Below, one piece after another: positions 61,940-64,000 of a stretch of DNA of 64,000 bases. The notes under the pieces are model-generated. The model was given only the letters and a program-made list of their open reading frames with translations, did not search any database and was not told where the DNA came from. Location: positions 160,001 to 224,000 of the forward strand of contig JBBRSP010000009.1 of assembly GCA_038245295.1 (NCBI GenBank). The letters are read 5' to 3'. Position 1 is the stretch's first letter. Every line of letters starts with the position of its first letter. Made by a program: the position numbers and the translations under genes. The stretch is from Candidatus Binatia bacterium. GTDB taxonomy: Bacteria; Desulfobacterota; Binatia; HRBIN30.

Positions 61940-63255
61940 GACGCCTTCCTCCTGCCAACGGGACGCCGATGGTGCAGCCGGTTGCGGGCGTCCAGGGCCA
62001 GGTCGAAGAAGCGCCGCTCGAGATCGCTCGACGCCCGCGCCCGGTAGCTCTCGAGATCGGCGCGCAAGAGGTCACTTTGGGCGAAGAGGTGTTTGTGCCA
62101 TTCCGAGTTTCGAAACGGGCCGCCGGCGCCGTCGTTGACGTCGCAGTAGTAGTGGTAGAAGGAACCGTCCGGGATCGTCTCCTGCTGCGGCGGCAGCACG
62201 GCGAACTGGGGGGTGTCCAACAACTCGTAGTCGATGCCGTTGGGCGTCAGCGCCATGGCGAAGCACGCCATCTCCGCCACCCAGGTGGCCTGCCCCGGAA
62301 GGTCCAGGACCTTGCCCAGGAGGAACAGGATCTGTGCAGAGCGGAAGCAGTCGCGAATGACCTTCTGGTTGCGCACCGTTTGGCCGGTGACGAACACGGT
62401 CACACCGCCTGGCTTGAGCGGCGTTTCGCAGCCGATCGATGCCAGCAGCTTGTTCAGGTCGATACCGCGGCCGCACGACAAGCCGCTCATGAAAGGCTGT
62501 TCGCCGATCATGGCGTTCCGAGCGAGCGCGTTGCCGCTTGGAAACAGGTCTTCGCGCAGATTGCCGTAGAGGAAGATATCGGTGTCCATGAGGCACACGA
62601 CGTCGTCGGCTTCGACGTAGGGGGCGATCGCATGGAGCGCCTCGACGCGGTTCAGTGCCACGTGGCCGCCGCGGTTCTCCGAGAAGTCGATGTCATGGCT
62701 GCGCCCGTGGTTGGTCCCCGTGAGCGCTTGCACCCCGTAGACGTTCAAGAGACGGGTGAGCTGCGGGGAGAACGAGGTGTGATCGTTGCACACGACCACC
62801 GTGATGTCCCACCCGAGGGGCACCTGGCCTACGAGCGACTCGAAAAGAATCGCCAACTGCCAATGAAAATAAGCGCGGTCTTCAATGCCGAATACAAACC
62901 GAACTGGTGGGCGGCCGGCCACCTCCGCGGCGAGGACGGGGCTGGAGGCATCGGCACGGCCCGGGAGTGCCGCGGCGCCGGTTTCGATCAGGTTGAAATT
63001 GCGAAACGCCAGTAAGGCAGCGGCAACGTCGGCGAGAACATCAACCTCCGCTCCCGCATACTGCGCCCGTAACTCCGCAAGCATGCCGGGAAGCGTGTGG
63101 GTCCCGTCGCAGAGTTTCCAGATCGCCGCCCCGGATTCGTTCAACGCATAGGCCCGGCTCCCCTCCGGGAGCAGCAGCACTATCTCGTTGGCAACTTCAA
63201 AGGCCTTGATGTCGGAACACCGTCTCGGGCGCTGGGTACGTGCCAGATCGGTCAC
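61936..63255 (-). CDS. N-terminal PqqD/RRE fused to a GT95/GT96-like glycosyltransferase
   Basis: EIVLL...YALNESGAAIWKLCDG, then YFHWQ..LFES, NR, MDTD (DxD), WVAEM..FAMA and HY. Confidence 0.78.
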   Translation of the reverse strand: MTDLARTQRPRRCSDIKAFEVANEIVLLLPEGSRAYALNESGAAIWKLCDGTHTLPGMLAELRAQYAGAEVDVLADVAAALLAFRNFNLIETGAAALPGRADASSPVLAAEVAGRPPVRFVFGIEDRAYFHWQLAILFESLVGQVPLGWDITVVVCNDHTSFSPQLTRLLNVYGVQALTGTNHGRSHDIDFSENRGGHVALNRVEALHAIAPYVEADDVVCLMDTDIFLYGNLREDLFPSGNALARNAMIGEQPFMSGLSCGRGIDLNKLLASIGCETPLKPGGVTVFVTGQTVRNQKVIRDCFRSAQILFLLGKVLDLPGQATWVAEMACFAMALTPNGIDYELLDTPQFAVLPPQQETIPDGSFYHYYCDVNDGAGGPFRNSEWHKHLFAQSDLLRADLESYRARASSDLERRFFDLALDARNRLHHRRPVGRRKAS

Positions 63256-63264
63256 TCGTTCCGC

Positions 63265-63750
63265 TTACTTCTTTTCGTCCTCTTCTCGGCCTTTCGAGGG
63301 CTCGACGTGCTCGTCGTTGGCTGCGGTTGCGTTCTTCGCGCGGCGCCGCACGGCAGCCGCACCGACGCCGGCCAGACCAGCCGACAAGGCGGCGAGACCA
63401 CCGGCCGTCAAGGCCGGAGCTTTGACCATCGGAGCCATCGTCGGGGCCGGCGCCCTCGTCGGCGCCATCATCGTCGGCTCCATCATCGGCGCCATGGTCG
63501 GCGGCATGGTCGGCGGCACTTGACCGTGCGCGGTTCGCGCGCCAATGGCCGCACCAAACGGGATCGATAGGATCACAGGTGCTACCCAGGTGCTGAGTGC
63601 CGTTCGGCGTGTGATCGGCCTGGTCAACGCCGGCTGTGAAGCGGCGGACACACCGTGCTCGGAGTCGTCGCGCCCAGCGAGTTGGCGGCGCAGTTCCTCG
63701 ATCTCCGCCAGAAGCTGTTTCTTTGACTTGTCGTTGTCGCCTGACGCCAT
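63265..63750 (-). CDS. Putative precursor/substrate: RR-WxxPxI leader, Pro/Thr/Met repeat core, IPTL-CTERM-like anchor
   Basis: TRRTALSTWVAPVILSIP...AHG|QVPPTMPPTMAPMMEPTMMAPTRAPAPTMAPMVK|APALTAGG-TM-RRR; RBS GAGGAGG. Confidence 0.8.
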   Translation of the reverse strand: MASGDNDKSKKQLLAEIEELRRQLAGRDDSEHGVSAASQPALTRPITRRTALSTWVAPVILSIPFGAAIGARTAHGQVPPTMPPTMAPMMEPTMMAPTRAPAPTMAPMVKAPALTAGGLAALSAGLAGVGAAAVRRRAKNATAANDEHVEPSKGREEDEKK

Positions 63751-63891
63751 GCCACGCCCTCCTCGTCCAGTTTGCCAGGCAATTTCCTATACCGCGGGTG
63801 CGGGCATTGCAATGGCTTTTGAAGGGCCCGCACCCGCGCCGCGGATGGCTCCCGATTCCGCGGCGACCGTGCTAGTGCGAGCCCGCCTACG

Positions 63892-64000
63892 ATGTCCAGT
63901 CCACTGATCTTTGTCGCCATCGCGGCCTACAGCGACCCCGAGTTGCCGCGCACGCTGCGCGACGCGCTCGAGCAGGCACGTTGGCCGGATCGCCTTCGCT
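63892..64000 (+). CDS. Second GT60 (Gnt1-like) glycosyltransferase, runs off the right edge
   Basis: Manual translation MSSPLIFVAIAAYSDPELPRTLRDALEQARWPDRLR parallels IFVSIASYRD..LP.T...L.QA.HPERL in 55429-57171. Confidence 0.75.
   Translation, partial: MSSPLIFVAIAAYSDPELPRTLRDALEQARWPDRLR

Noticed and set aside
57215..63750. PQQ or lasso peptide biosynthesis
   Set aside because: PqqD-like domains are present, but there is no pqqABCE, lasso cyclase or B2 protease, and the core has no suitable ring residues.

Overview
GC-rich bacterial chromosomal window. Gene content loosely suggests a Deltaproteobacteria/Binatia-like organism, which is inference only. From left to right it holds: a truncated multi-PAS sensor, a creatininase-family enzyme and a lipoprotein alpha/beta-hydrolase; an AT-richer non-coding ~82-bp periodic hairpin array with an upstream anti-repeat (4.76-5.13 kb); an MFS transporter, an aminotransferase-Mur ligase fusion, aconitase/LysR and a YbjT-like SDR; an IPTL-CTERM-like surface protein; a ~21-kb exopolysaccharide cluster (15.4-36.8 kb); a Phd-VapC toxin-antitoxin pair and a DUF2236 oxygenase; a REC-cyclase, a fibre-like secreted protein and a 9-GAF hybrid kinase; a disrupted Baeyer-Villiger monooxygenase and a FadE26/27-like acyl-CoA dehydrogenase pair. 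Several REP-like palindrome families sit in intergenic gaps. The standout is 54.8-64.0 kb, a tightly packed, largely translationally coupled operon that looks like a RiPP-style hydroxyproline-glycoprotein system. Its small precursor has an RR/WxxPxI leader, a Pro-Thr-Met repeat core and a C-terminal sorting anchor. It is followed by two PqqD/RRE-fused plant-type (GT95/GT96-like) glycosyltransferases, two 2OG-Fe(II) oxygenases (one PHD/PhyA-like), an O-fucosyltransferase-like enzyme fused to a degenerate HPr-kinase domain, a GT31-like/GT60 fusion and a methyltransferase. A second GT60 starts divergently at the window edge. All family calls come from motif recognition by eye; no searches were run.
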